DNA from: Octopus vulgaris
Lineage: Eukaryota
Direction: 5' to 3'
Assembly: GCA_951406725.2 (NCBI GenBank)
Contig: OX597831.1
Span: 54,188,001 to 54,252,000, forward strand
DNA: 64,000 nucleotides
This document shows positions 13,562-28,282 of the stretch, in pieces (the stretch's first letter is position 1; each line of letters begins with the position of its first letter). Below the pieces are notes generated by a model, which saw only the letters and a program-made list of their open reading frames with translations, was not told the origin of the DNA and did not search any database. The translations under genes were made by a program, and so were the position numbers.

Positions 13562-15219
13562 GGGGAGGAGGAGGAGGAGGATGACGACGACGATGATCAT
13601 GATGACGACGACGATGATCATGATGACGACGACGATGACGACGACAACGACGACGATGATCATGATGACGGTTACAACGACGACGATGATCATGACGACG
13701 GTTACAACGACGACGATGATGATGATGATCATGATGATGATCTATGCACATTTACAGTATGTCATTCCAACGGATATTCTAAAAACCATCTTTGACACCT
13801 AAAAATAACAGGGAAAATGTTTTAATCTACATACGTCGATATGCAAAGATGCAATTTTTATCACAGCAGTTAGGTATATATATTCTAAGCTAGCTCTCGA
13901 TGGGGTGAGCAGCTAAGGTTGTGCGGTTAAGGAGGTCGCTTTGGTTTCAGGTTCAAATCCACTGCGCGGCACTTTGAGCAAATGTCTTTTACTATAGTAC
14001 AGAGCCGTCCAATGCCTTGTGAGTAAACTTGGTAGACGGAAACTGTGTAGAAGCTTGTCGTATATATGTGTTCTTGTGTGTGTGTGTTTCTCTCCCACCG
14101 CTCGACAATCGGAGATGCTATGTTAAAGTTCCCATAACTTAGCGGTTCGGCAAAATAGAAACGATAGAATAAATACTGCACTTAGAAATTAAGTACTGGG
14201 GTCAATTTGTTCGACTAAAATCTTCAGGGCGGTGCTCCAGCATGACCGCAGTCCAATAACTGAAACGAGTGAAAGATAGACGATGAAAGACACATCACGC
14301 TAGGTTTGCCGTTATGCTTTGGAATATTTGTCGCTTATCTTTTACCTGTTTCAGTCATTAGACTGCGGCCATGCTAGGGCAACGCCTTGAATTTTTAGTC
14401 GAATGAATCGACTCTAGAACTTACTTTTTAAGCCTGGCTAAGTTACAGGGACGTAAACACACCAATACCGGTTGTCAAGTGGTGTTGGGAAGACAAACAG
14501 GCACACCCACAGAGATATATATACATATATATATATATACGACGGACTTCTTTCAGTTTCAGCCAACTAAATTCACTCACAAGGCTTTGGTTGGCCCGAG
14601 GCTATAGTAGAAGACACTTACCCAAGGTTCCACACAGTAGGACTAAACCCGGAACTGTGTGGTTGGGAAGCAAGCTACTTACCACACAACCACTCCTACG
14701 CCTATTATTTACTCAAAAGTGATGTCGACTGTAATAGATATAACAGGACATATCTGCCCCCACCTGCTGTTCAGTAAAGCAACATAAGACTCCTAGAACC
14801 CCAACAAAATACCAGAATTACAGCAGAATTAACACTATTTGTAACACCAGAGGAATTCATCATAGTATATCTTTTTTCATCTGAAGACGCGTGGCTTAGT
14901 GGTTAGGGTATTCGGTTCACGACCCCAAGGTCGTGAGTTCAATTCCCGGCGATGCGTGGTATCCTTCAGCAAGACACTTTATTTCACGTTACTCCAGTCC
15001 ACTCAGCTGGCAAAATGTGTAGTACCTGTATTTCAAAGGGCCAGCCTTGTCACACTCTGTGCCACGCTGAATCTCCCCCAGAACTACGTTAAGGGTTCAC
15101 GTGTCTGTGGAATGCTCAGCCACTTGCATGTTAATTTCACGAGCAGGCTGTTCCATTGATCGAATCAACTGGAACCCTCATCATCGTAACCGACGGAGTG
15201 CCATTTTTTTCATCTAGTA

Positions 15220-15518
15220 CAGTGGTTCTCAACCGGGGTCCATATGACCCTTAGGGGTTCATATAAGGTTTTGTTGTTAAAATTTATCTTCAATAAAACG
15301 GTTATACTCCCATAAATACTCTTTTACTCTTTTACTTGTTTCAGTCATTTGACTGTGTCCATGCTGGAGCACCGCCTTTTAATCGAGCAAATCGACCCCA
15401 GGATTTATTCTTTGTAAACCTAGTACTTATTCTATCGGTCCCTTTTGCCGAACCGCTAAGTTTCGGGGACGTAAACACACAAGCATCGGTTGTCAAGTGA
15501 TGTTGGGGGACAAACACA

Positions 15519-15600
<82 letters not shown>

Positions 15601-15889
15601 CATATATACGACGGGCTTCTTTCAGTTTCCGTCTACCAAATCCACTCACAAGGCTTTGGTCGGCCCAAAGCTATAGTAGAAGACACTTGCCCAAGGTGCC
15701 ACGCAATGGGACTGAACCCGGAACCATGTGGTTCAAAATATGTTAACATTTTTTTTATGCAATTCCTAATAATATTCAGTTATAAAAATGCAATGAGATT
15801 TTATTAAAACTTCAAATGGCTGTAAGGGTCCCGTCGAGTAGAATAGGAATCAAAAGGGTCCACAGGCCAAACATGATTGAGAAACACTG
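15220..15889. mobile_element. hAT (Charlie-like) MITE with nested SINE
   Basis: CAGTGGTTCTCAA ... TTGAGAAACACTG; 8-bp TSD atctagta/gtctagta. Confidence 0.75.
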
Positions 15890-15981
15890 GTCTAGTATTA
15901 CAACAAGTAACCCAATATTTCCACTTAAAAATGTAACAAATATTTGAAAAGCACGCTCATTTTCACAATACCACAGTTATA

Positions 15982-16253
15982 CTCTCTTTTACTCTCTTTA
16001 CTCTTTTACTTGTTTCAGTCATTTGACTGTGGCTATGCTGGAGCACTGCCTTTGAGTCGAGCAAATCGACCTCAGGACTTATTCTTTGTAAACCCAGTAC
16101 TTATTCTATCGGTTACTTTTGCAGAAATGCTAAGTTACGGGTACATAAACACACAAGCATCGGTTGTCAAGCGATGTTGGTGGGGGACAAACGCAGACAC
16201 ACAAACATATACACACACACATACATACATACATACATACATACATACATACA

Positions 16254-16284
<31 letters not shown>

Positions 16285-16296
16285 GCATATATATGC

Positions 16297-16334
<38 letters not shown>

Positions 16335-16522
16335 ACATATCTATATATATATATATATGATGGGCTTCTTTCAGTTTCCATCTATCAAATCCACTCACAA
16401 GGCATTGGTCGGCCCGAGGCTATAGCAGAAGACACTTGACCAAGGTGCCACGCAGTGGGACTGAACCCGAAACCATGTGGTTCGTAAGCAAACTAATTAT
16501 CACACAGCCACTCCTACGCCTA
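15982..16522 (-). mobile_element. SINE family A copy
   Basis: Reverse complement of the family A sequence. Confidence 0.85.
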
Positions 16523-16858
16523 TACTAGATTTTTCTAATAAAATATAATGATCTTGGCGTTAGGAAGGGCATCCAGCCGTAAAAGTATTGTACTAAAGCA
16601 GACACTGGAGCACGACGCAGTCATTGGACCTGTCGGATCCCGTCAAACCGTCCAACGCATGCCAGCATGGAACGTGGACGTTAAATAATGATGATGCCGA
16701 CGACGGTGGCGGCGGTGACGACGACCACGGTGACGGTGATGACGATGACAGGATAAAAGGCAGAGTCGACCTCAGCTGAAATTGGACTTAGAACATAAAG
16801 AGCCGGAATAAATGCCGCATTTTGTCTGGCAATCTAACGATTCTGCCAGCTCACTGCC

Positions 16859-16928
<70 letters not shown>

Positions 16929-16950
16929 TAACAACAACAACAACAACAAC

Positions 16951-17009
<59 letters not shown>

Positions 17010-18594
17010 TAATAATGATAATAATAATAATAATAATAATAACAGCAACAACAACAATAATAATAATAATAACAACAACAACAATAATAGTGAGTTCAAC
17101 TTATAGTACAAGACCAGTAACTTTGGGGGAGGAGTCAGTCGATTTCATCGACCCTAGTACTTGACTCGTACTTTATTTTATCGACCCCGGAAGGATGAAA
17201 GGTAAAGTTGATCTCGGCGGGATTTTAACTCAGAACGTAAAGAGCCAAAAAAAATACCGCTAGGTATTTTGTCTGGTTCTCTAACGATTCTACAAAGCCG
17301 TATATAATTGGTTCTTTATTTAATTTAATTTCGTTTATTTATTTAATGTCCTAATAGCGTAGTAAAAGGGTAGTCCGTTCCCGGCAACACTTTTATGAAT
17401 TTTTATAAGCTTAGGGGGCGAAGGGGGGCGAAAAATTCAAGGGTAGCCCGAGTCGCTATCATGCTCCTGTCTTGTTCCTCTCTCCTGATATAGCTCCTAT
17501 CGCTATAATGCTCCTATCTCCTGAATTGTTGCCATATTTGAAGCTATTACGCCTCCTACTTTGAGTATTGTATATTTAGTCATGGCTGTTACGTAACGCT
17601 TGATGAACCCTGCAGATAAGTGCTGAGAGAGTGTTATTTTGCCAAGGATACTATGACTCATCTTTCATTGTATTCATGACAAAAGCACACTCAATTTTTA
17701 TGTCTAATCTCAAGAATATAGCTACTGTTCTCGAGAATATAGCTTTACTCATCACTTCGGCATGATCCTCCTGCAGGCGATGATGTAGAGGAGAATCATT
17801 CTGGTAGGAATGATACGAGTCTATTATAATATCTTTAATTTCTGAAAATGGACATCGACCACATACATAAAAAGCAGAGTATTTTTCATGAATAACAGTA
17901 ACAAATTACCATATTATGTTCACAATAGGGTCGACGGGCAATATAACATTCACAAACACGGAATTGGCGACATCTAAGTTCAAAGTATTACATTTTACGA
18001 TTTCGACAACTTCCTTCAAGAACTATTATTTCAATTTTAGAAGTACTTTCAGCTTTTGCTCTCCTATATTTCGTTTCCGGAAGTGACTTCTGTTTGCATT
18101 TAGGTGTAGCAAAGACGGAAAAACAGAATGATGAACTTGGAAAATCCAACAGTGTCAACAAGTGCAAAAAAAATAAAAAGTGGAACCATCCAGCACTTTA
18201 TTGAACCCCGTCATCAACAGGCTTTGAGTTCAAATTCCTACGAAGTCGACTTTGCATTTCATCCTTTGGGTGATGGACAATAAAATAAACAGCAGTTGAA
18301 CACTGGAATTAATGTAATCGACTTAATCTCCTCCTTAAATATTTGCTGGCCTTGTGCTAAACTTTGAAACTATTATATATTTCCCCAATCTAGGTTGAGT
18401 TAAAATCCCATCAAAGTTAAATTGACCCTCATCATTGCAATTTCTTCTCATATTGTGGTCAATACGAGAAGAAATTGCAATGATGAGGGTCAATTTAACT
18501 CACCGAACAGCATTTCGTCCATTTCTACGTTCTGCGTTCAAATACTACCGAGGTCGACTTTGCCTTTCATTTTTAGGAGGGTCGATGAAAAAAA

Positions 18595-19140
18595 ATGTAC
18601 AAGTGACCTTGAAGCAATCCAGAGAAGATTCACAAAGAAGATCGTCTCTTTGCAACAGCTCAGCTACTTGGAAAGGTTGAAACAGCTAAGACTCTACTCC
18701 CTGGAGAGAAGACGGGAGGGGTATGCAGTAATATATATCTGAAAGATCCTAGAAGGAATTATGCCACATTTTGGCATTGTAAGCTACACCAATGCTAGAA
18801 CGAGATGACACTGCATAGTGCCAAAGATCCCAGCAACGCCATCACGCTTCGAGACCAGTTACTGCAACAGCCTGGGTTTCAAGGGCCCACAGCTTTTTTA
18901 CTATTCTCCCAAAGAGTCTGAGGAACTTGCACAAAGTAGATGTAGGGGTATTTAAATCAAAGCTGGACATCTTCCTGTCGAGAGTCCGAGATGAACTTAC
19001 CTCACGGCAAGAGGTGCAAATGAGGGTAGCTATATCAAACTCCATTCTTCACCAAGTGCCACATATTAGAGGAGGCTCTTAGTGATAACAGTGTAGCAAA
19101 ACGGCGGTGCATCAGCATGGCCGCAGCTCTGAGATGAAAT
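18595..19140 (+). mobile_element. CR1/L2-group LINE 3' fragment
   Basis: DLEAIQRRFTKKI..LSYLERLKQLRLYSLERRR..FKSKLD.FL..V.DE. Confidence 0.8.
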
Positions 19141-19699
19141 TAGAGAGAAAAAAAGTGCATCACAGAGGTCGATATAATCAGCAAGACTCCACCCCGCAAA
19201 TTTCAGGTTTTGTGCCCATAGTAGAAAGAATTATACTGAAATCGATTAAGGCGGTGAATTGGCAGATTCGTTAGCACATCGGACTCAATGCTTAATGAGT
19301 TCAAATTCTTCCTTTCGAAGTCCATGTATTCGAGTAACTCTCTTTTCCGAAATTTCAGGTCTTGTATCTGCAGAAGAAAGCTGATTATACCACTCCCTTC
19401 AGAATGAACAAAAAACAAAAACAAAAAATCAGTATTATCACCATCTTAAAAAAAAAAAAGAAACAAAAAACCCTTTTCGATTCCAACTTGCGTCTGTCCA
19501 TAGGAGAGTCACAAATCGAAGATTCTCAATGTTTTTCTTCTCCGCTAAAGGCCATATATATATATATATATACAACCCGTTCAGATTAAAGTCCCTCGCC
19601 CACGGTTTTTCCCTTTTATTTTTTAAATAATTGCTTCGCAATCTTTTTTTTTTTTTCTCCGTTGCATGCTTATAGCACAAACATACTTCACCACATACA

Positions 19700-19771
<72 letters not shown>

Positions 19772-19775
<4 letters not shown>

Positions 19776-20315
19776 TTCAGCAAAAATTTAGATTCAAATG
19801 AATATGGTACTTAATTTAGATGCACCAGAATTCTGTATGGTGTTATCCATAAAAATCCTTGGGGTGATTATAATCAAAATAAGCAACAAGAATGACTCCG
19901 GTAATTTGGTACGATCGTTTCGTACTACATCATTTTATTAAATGTTGTAAGTATTACAACAGTTTTAAAATGCTGAGTACTCATCAGCCAATTATAGAGG
20001 TTTTCCATTAATACAAAAATGTTCATATCAAGTGGCAACGTTATAGAGAAGGTAGATATATAGACAAAGATGTGAATTTAAATTTTAAGAACATTTATAG
20101 TAGTAGAGCCCATCCACTGACTGACTAAGATTCGGTTGCTCCACACTACTGTAAGATTCTGAGAGGGAAGATTAAGTGGAAAGAGACAATAACGAATGTT
20201 CTAATTATAGAAATGGGGTAAAGGGGATTTCAGAGCTCCATATAAGGAATTTAAGTAGTAGACAGCAAAAATGATCGTACCAAATTACCGGAGTCATTCT
20301 TGTTGCTTATTTTGA
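19772..20315 (-). mobile_element. Penelope pLTR remnant flanked by (TA)n, with short inverted copy
   Basis: Similar to the 3' end of the element at 40280-40520. 19875-19917 is repeated inverted at ~20273-20315. Confidence 0.7.
19903..19993 (-). ncRNA. Type I hammerhead ribozyme (GUA cleavage triplet)
   Basis: Reverse complement: aattgg-CTGATGA-gtact...agtac-GAAAC-GATC-GTA-ccaaatt. Confidence 0.8.
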
Positions 20316-22019
20316 GTATATATATATATATATATATGTGTATACAACGAAACACTCATATACATTCACACTTATAGACTTTCGTCATAAAAACACATCA
20401 CACACACACACTCACTCACTTACTCACTCACTCACGCAAACGGATTCAAACACGCCCTTCCATCAACAGATAGCTGGTTACATTGAGATGGATTTTTGGG
20501 ATTTCATTCTTTTCATCACTAAACTCTTCTCTCCTTATCTCCATACGCATGTTCAAGTGTGTGTGTATGTGTGTGTGTGTTGGGGGGGGGGGTATGTATA
20601 TATGTCTGTATGCATAAATATATTTATATGTATGTGGTGTAGGTGTGAATGTGTATATATCTATATCAATACCCACATACATATTTATGCACATACATAT
20701 ATACACATATATATGATACAATATATACTATATATATATATTATATATGTATATGTATATATATATGTAAATATATATATGCATATATACATATATAGAA
20801 TATAATATATACTATATATATATATGTATGTATATACATATATATGATGTAGATATGTATATATATACATATATATGATATAGATATGTATATATATACA
20901 TATATAGGTATATAATATATACATGTATATATATATATATATATGTATATATACACGTATATATGATATAATATATACATATATACATACATACATAAAT
21001 ATATATGATATAATATATATATATATGTGTGTGTGTGTGAGTGTGTGTGTGTGTGTATTTATATGTATATATAATATATAATATAGGCATACATACATAC
21101 ATACATACATACATACATACATACATACATACAAGCATACATATACATGATCAAAGTGTACACAAAACACTGTGTCATTAGCAAAGAACACAATAGCCAG
21201 TGGAATGTTCCCTTAGTCATACACAAAGTCACTCTATATTTTTATTGTCGCATTTGAATTGAATAACTTGAATAAAATGAATGACGATGATGAGACACAG
21301 AAATAGTTTCGCTCTTGAATATAATTCACTTCAAGAATAGTAATTATTCCTCTAATATTTTAATTTCCACATTATTGTTATTATCACTTTTTTACTTATT
21401 TAATTTCAATTGCTTTCATTTCATTTCGTCTCATTACACTTTAAAGTTTCGTTTTGCAATTCCTGTTTCAGGCTTTTCAATTCTCGTTTCACTTATCAGA
21501 GAAAAGGAATTTTAACTACTAACATCTCTGGTTATTAAACTACAAAGTTTTGAATAAAATTTTGGAATTGAATAAAAACACTCACGACTACAGATGATTG
21601 CAGTAGTTCGTTAACTAAACCGGTTTATCCTGGCCGTTGTCACTTTGATGTCTTTTCATCTGCTCAGCATCTAGACTAATGCTTCCCAACCTATTTTTGC
21701 CCTAGGCACCACTATAACTTTCCAGAAAAATGTATGCCCTACTGGTGATCGGAAAAAAAACTTTATTCTTAATATTTTATCATAATTGCTTAATGCAAAA
21801 GAACCTACCAGTAACTCTTTCATTAAGAACTGAGTACAAAAAAAATTTTTAATAGCACTATACTGTAACAAACAGCTTTCACACAATATGCTTGGCTGGA
21901 GGGATTGGTTTGACTACGCTGAGAATAAGTGTAATATGAGGAACAAAATGTGATTCACCTACCTCCCGGTTCACCAGCCCACGCTGGTGTTACTTCCGCC
22001 CACTTAACATTGCTCACTC

Positions 22020-23410
22020 CTCCTCCTCTGGTAAAAGCCTTTGAGAAGTATTCTTTGGCTGATTCGTATGTGTCAAGTGACTTGTAGACTACTGGTAAGA
22101 TACCAAAACAATGGCAATCCGGAGTGATAATCCCAATTTTTAAAAAGCGCTTAAAGAGTATTCCAATCCTAGAGGAATTTCTTTGCTGAATCTCACCGGC
22201 AAAGTTTACGCTAGGAATCTGGAAAAGGGATGTAACGAAACCGTCGAGCTCAAACTTGTTAAAAAAACAATGTGGCTTCCTTCCTCGATGCAGCACAACC
22301 GACAGAGTATTCACTCTACAGTAGTTCTTCGAGAAATTGTGGAAATTTTGCTTTGTAAGCCTCGAAAAGGCATATGACTGCGTGCCGCAGGACATGCTGT
22401 GCATGTTTTGCAGAAGTTTCGGATTAATGAACTTCTGGTTGCCGTGAAGTTCATATGCGAATGTCAAGATGTTTGTGTTTAGGTTAATGGTGCTAAGTCT
22501 AAAGCTTTCAGTGTGGGTGTTAGACTTCAGCAGGGGTACGATTTTGGTACTTTCCCTTTCCATAATTTTTATGAACTGGATTGACATGCGCGGCCGTTGT
22601 AGAAGGGGTATCACAACTGGTGGGAGTAGGATCGGTTGGCTGATATTTGCAGATGACATGGTGCTACTTGGCTCATCAGAAGCTAATCTCCAGCATGTAC
22701 TAAATGGGTTCGTAGCCGAGTGCTGCAAAGCAGAGATGAGAATTAGTTTTGCGAAGACTGAGAAATTGGTCCTCTCAAGAAAACTTTCCAGTGCACTTTC
22801 TATGTTGGTGGAACATCACTGAAGCAAATGGAGAAAGTGTGAGTATTTTGGAGCCTTATTCACGAAAAGATGGGAAGCACGTTGCTGAGTTAGATGCTAG
22901 AGTGGTGATACAGTAATGCGTCAGCTCCAGCATTCGACCCTCAAAAGAGGTTGGTAAAAATGCCCAACTTGCAATTTTCATTTCGGTCATGAATGCTGGC
23001 AAATGACCGAAAGAGTACGATTCCGAATACAGGCGGCCGAAAAAGGTTCCTTCATTAGGTCTCTAGGGTAACATTACTCGACAGGGTGCGTGGCTTGATG
23101 ATCAGGGAATCTCTTCAGGCAGAGTTGTTACTTCTTCACATTATGACGTCACGTCACAGCTCCGGTACTGCGGACATGTGATTAGAATGTTGTATGAAAG
23201 AATTGCAAAACGGACTCTTCAAGCCAAGCCAACTGGTAGGAGACCAAGGAGCAAACTAAGAACGATATGGTTGGATATAATCCATGTCTCAGTTGGTCGC
23301 GCTTGGGATGCCTATCAGGAAGTCTAAATGGGGATTGCTTCAGATAGGACCCCATGGAATAGGTGGCTGAGAACTCTACCCCCACGACCTTCCCAGGAAT
23401 AGTGGATATA
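22020..23410 (+). mobile_element. RTE-clade LINE, decayed RT
   Basis: W..GVIIPIFK, RGISLL, EKAYDCVP, GLQQG, LIFADDMVL, QLR..GHV.RM; multiple frameshifts. Confidence 0.85.
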
Positions 23411-23414
23411 AAAA

Positions 23415-23920
23415 GTCGTTAAAATATGTTGACATTTGGTGGTAATGTAAATAGCTGTTTGATTATGTTGACTTTTTGGTGGCAATATGCAATGCTGTTA
23501 AAATATGTTGGCTTTTGGTGTAATGTGAAGAACAATTACGAGAGGATGCTGAAAATTTCCTGGTTTTAAGGATATGGCCAAAGGCCTGGTTAAAGACCCA
23601 AACTTCCGAATTCTTTTACAGGGCTTAGAAAAATTGAAGGGTCGTTGCAATAAGTGTGTGAATCTGAGAGAGGATTATGTTCAATAAAATCATAATTAAC
23701 TGATCCTCCTGTATTTTCTTTTACCCCAAAACCAGCACTTTTCATTATCCCCTAGTACATATGTTGACTTTAGAGTTTACATAGATCGCTCGGTGGTAAT
23801 ATGAAAAGCAGTTAAAATATGTTCACTTTCACAGATATATGAATAACTGTTAAAACGTCTTTACTTCCGGTGACAATATGCTTCGCTATTAAAACATGTT
23901 GACTTTTAGTGGTAATATAG
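23415..23920. repeat. Degenerate ~40-bp minisatellite interrupted by mariner MITE
   Basis: Recurring GTTAAAATATGTTGACTTT..GGTGGTAAT units. Confidence 0.6.
23549..23755. mobile_element. mariner-derived MITE
   Basis: TA|CGAGAGGATGCTGAAAATTTCCTGGTTTT ... AAAACCAGCACTTTTCATTATCCCCTAG|TA imperfect TIRs; inside is the mariner C-terminal remnant R..KCV.L.GDYV. Confidence 0.6.
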
Positions 23921-24004
23921 GGTGGCACAAAAGTCACGGATGGCCCAAAAGTCACGAGTGACTCAAAAGTCACAAAGGTACTAATAATTCATTTACGTTG
24001 CTTT

Positions 24005-24787
24005 AAATTTACGATACCTTCGCACTACATCCAGCGGTGAAACCTCACTCTCCCGCAAACATCTAGACTCCTTCCTCTCTTTTGTCAAATCTTTCCATCC
24101 TGCCCTCCCATTCTGCAATATCATTGACACCTTTGTCTCCTTTCTTGACATTTCGGTCAGCATTCATCACTCCACTCTCACCACCTCCGTCCACTACAAA
24201 CACACAAACTCACACTCATACCTCAACTTCTCCTCCTCCCACCCTAAACACACCAAGCTTTCCATCCCCTATTCCCAATTCCTCCGTCTACGCAGGCTCT
24301 AAAGTGACGACCATGACTTTGAAACTCAGTTTCGACTCATGGCTCGCCACTTCATCCTACATGGATATCTCCTCACCAATATCCACACCACCCTTGCCAG
24401 AGCACTTCCGTGGATCGTGCATCTGCTCTCTCCCCCTGCACCCGCCCCGCCGTCTCCCGCCTCCCGTTTCCCCTCACCTACCACCCCACCACCCTACCTC
24501 TCGAACGCACAATTCTCCGAGCCTTCCGTCGACTCCAATCCGACCCCTCCACTTCGCACATCTTCCCTAACCGAGCCCTCCCATCCTTCAAATGAGCTCA
24601 CAACCTACGAGACCCCTTGGTCCACAGCTTCTTCCCTAACCCAACCTCTCAGCCCGGCTCGTTCCCCTGCTCCCGTCCACGCTGCTGCACTTGCCCTTAC
24701 CTCTCCAACACCACCATCCTCACCGGCACCCATCATATCACCGACTCCTTCACCTGCACTTCTACCAATGTCATCTACTTTATCTCC

Positions 24788-24868
<81 letters not shown>

Positions 24869-25810
24869 CTTCTCTATACATCGGGCAAACGGAACGCCGC
24901 TTGGCTGACCGGTTCGCGGAACACCTCCGAGACATCTGACTCGGCAATGACACCCCGGTCTCGCGCCATTTCCGCTCTACCGGTCAATCTTTGCAACACC
25001 TGTCTGTGTTCGGATTGTCCTTGCACAGGGGCCATCCGGACTCCTGTTTGCGCCGTGAACAGGGATTAATCTTCTCTCTTCGCTCCTTTGCACCACATGG
25101 GCTCAACTCTCCTTCTCATACCTACTTCCTCCCACCCACCTCTCCTCTCTTGCTCCGACTCCTACTTCTTCTCTTCACTCCTACCCCCTTCACCCTTCCC
25201 TCTCCCTTCATCGTCACCCCTCCCTCGTAACCCCACCCCATACAACACAACCCCCACCTTCCCTATCCATCCCATCCCACCCCATCCCTTACACCCACTC
25301 CTACATACCCCATCTCAGCCTACTCACGTACCCCCACCTCTACACCCCCTCAGCCTAACCACACCCCTTCCCTATCCATCCCTCACTCACAATGCCCAGT
25401 CTGGTTATCGAAACCGCGATCCTACAACCGCGAGTCCGCAGCCCTAACCACTGGGCCATTGCGCCTCCACACATCCACACACCTACACATACACACACGC
25501 ACACGTCAAGGTCACCAGCCCTCTTCCACACACACATACATGCTCTCTTATACACGCGCACGCGTACCTTCATTTTAGGATCACTCCCCTTCTTCCTAGC
25601 TCTCCTGTGTAACCCCTCTGTCCGGCATTCACCAAGATAGATCGCTAGCCACTACACATTCTTTATTTTCTCTCCTTGTTTCTTTCTGTGTTCCTTTCTA
25701 TGGAAGAGCGTAGGATCGAAACGTTAAAGACATTTTCACTTCCCGAGCGTTAAACTAATACATCTGTTTGTTGTCTTCGTCTTGTTTTTTTTTGTGTGAA
25801 TTCCCCCCAT
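24005..25810 (+). mobile_element. Neptune-type Penelope-like element 3' part (RT thumb, Zn-knuckle, GIY-YIG, pLTR), decayed
   Basis: FLDI..SIPYSQFLRLRR..FPLTYHP..PCSRPRCCTC..TNVIY..YIGQTERRLADRFAEHLRDI..GLN. The 3' region recurs inverted at 37618-37895. Confidence 0.85.
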
Positions 25811-26153
25811 ATATATATACTATAAGCCGATCAATGCTTAAAAGTGAATTTGGTATACGGAAACTGTGTGAAAATTGTCTTGTTTAGGTGTGTGCGTGTT
25901 ATTATCCAGTTTTATTTCAAGATTTCTTGCCAATAGAGAAAGAGCCGGTTTCTAACCTAGATCCAAGACTCCTTCATTGGAATTTAAACAATATCTACAG
26001 GATATTATTTGTGCGTGTTATGATGTATATGTGTATATGTGCAGTACTAGGAGTCAGTGCATGTGCAGATCTGTACCTTTTGTTTTATGTATGTATCAGG
26101 AATTGTGGATACGAAGAATAATTAGTGATTCTTTTATGCATAATTTGCATTTA

Positions 26154-26700
26154 TCAATCTTTGTATTGTAAGGGTGAGCTTCTCTTATTATGGACCAAGC
26201 TAGTGTATATTGCACATGTCTCGGTGAAGGAATTTAAGTGAGCTTGATAACGACGCTTAAAATCTATGGTACTGCCAATATAGACCTTTGCTTGGTGTGT
26301 GTCAGGTGTTTCTACACAACTTTTATAAATCATGTTTTTGCGCAGACAAAATCTCGCAAGCGGACATGCGTTAGGGATGCGACAATTACAGAGTTTCCTT
26401 CTTATTCCACTGTAATTATTGATTGTGTTGCTTTTATTGACTGGACTTAGACGGAGTGCAGTATATGAATTTAGGTATGTAGCTGTCTGAAGTTGGAGTT
26501 TACGTCTATTAAGAAAGGCTATTATAGATCCTAATTTTGGTGTGGAGTAAGATAATTTCACTGATGATTTGTTAAAAATAGAGTAGTATTTATGATGTTG
26601 CGGAAAATTGGATTTCAGAATTATAAAAAATATTTTAGGTAAAGATTTAACCTGGAGAGAGAAGGGCGGTACATACCATAGGATTTCTCATTTTCTAGTC
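26154..26700 (-). pseudogene. Naiad-type Penelope GIY-YIG fragment
   Basis: KLSYS.PKLGSII..CNCRIPNACPL..MIY..VYIGST..RRYQAH. Confidence 0.75.
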
Positions 26701-26962
26701 TGAGAATATGTGACTACATTGGACTGGTCAGGAAGAGGAGATTTATAATTATTATAAGTTCTGGATGGCCTATGGTGTAAACGAGTACGATTAAAAGTGG
26801 TTTTTTTATGGGCCTGGTTGATTGATTTGAAGTGGAGGCCGTGCTTATGAAGTCAGGATTAGTTTCGGGAAAGAGATTTGCTATCCCGGGGTCGATTTCT
26901 TGACGAAAACCCCTTAATGCGATACTCCAAATAACTGAAGCAAGTAAAAGGATAAAAGAATA

Positions 26963-26994
<32 letters not shown>

Positions 26995-27014
26995 CTTGTG
27001 TGTATACACACAAG

Positions 27015-27068
<54 letters not shown>

Positions 27069-27217
27069 CCGGAGTAAGCACATAAATGTGAAACAAGGTG
27101 GAAAAAGAGTACTCAAATACCAGAGGTAGAGTAATATGCTTTATTTAAAAACAGCAGAAATATAACAAAAGCTGTTATTCAGAGTTTCATGTTCCTGTGA
27201 AAGTTTTTTGTTAAAAA

Positions 27218-27255
27218 CTGTCCGACGAACGGAAATGTGAAACTCTGAGTAACAG
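27218..27255 (+). ncRNA. Degenerate minimal hammerhead ribozyme inside inverted repeat 27137-27290
   Basis: ctgt-CCGACGA-ac..gt-GAAAC-TCTGA-GTA-acag (U4 to C change). Confidence 0.55.
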
Positions 27256-27331
27256 CTTTTGTTATATTTCTGCTGCTTTTAAATAAAGTATGTGTGTGTG
27301 TGTGTATGTATATGTATGTACACGTATACAT

Positions 27332-27380
<49 letters not shown>

Positions 27381-27640
27381 TGTATGTATGTATGTATGTA
27401 TGTATGTATGTGTATGTATACGTGTGTATATGCGTGCGCGCAGGTTTGTATATATATATATATGATTACGTAACTCCTACTCTTTTGCCATTTATTTCTA
27501 AATGTATAATTGTCTGTGTATGTGTACATGATTAGACAATAACTTTTATGAAGTGTTTTATCGATTCTTCTATTGTAAAATTATATTCAAATGGTTGCAT
27601 GATAACGTGAAATGTATTCACAGCATGTTTACAACTGAAT

Positions 27641-27737
<97 letters not shown>

Positions 27738-28282
27738 GAGTGAGAGAGAGAGAAAGTGGGGTAACATACAGAAATACCCGTGTTTCCTTATACAAGAGAT
27801 AATATATTTTTGAGCGAAGCATTCAAATTAATCACGTTACGTTTGCGTGGATGTTTTTAAACATTGAACAGAAGAATCAACATAATTTTTTTTTTTAATG
27901 TATATTTGCTTTTATGATTATTTCACTGCCATTGTTCAAGAGTTAAATTTTATATTTTCCACTGGAATAGAAAACAAATCGCAGAATGGTGTGCTATTTC
28001 ATAATGATAAAATATAATGGGAGAACTCGCTTTGTTAATTCTCAAATTCCGCTGTCTTTTCTCTCCCCACCTCACTTTCTTCCTGTTATACATTCACACC
28101 TGCCTGCCTTTGTCTGTAAATGGGTATGTTTGCATGTGTGTCGGAGTGGTGTAGATGAGCATGGTCATATTAAAATGTGTGGATGGTTATTTCTGTAGAA
28201 GGATTATGTCGGTGACCGTGGCGACGAAAACAGTTTCGTTGGTTATTCAGCATGCTGGAAATGTCTTTAATATAACATGTTT

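Noticed and set aside
13433-13802. Asp/His-rich ORFs resembling biomineral or metal-binding proteins
   Set aside because: Compound (GAT/GAC)n microsatellite; no splice signals or unique flanking coding sequence identified.
16822-17111. Poly-Asn/poly-Leu ORFs
   Set aside because: (AAT)n/(AAC)n tract adjoining SINEs.
23415-23920. CRISPR-like spaced repeats
   Set aside because: Degenerate minisatellite without unique spacers; eukaryotic context, no cas genes.
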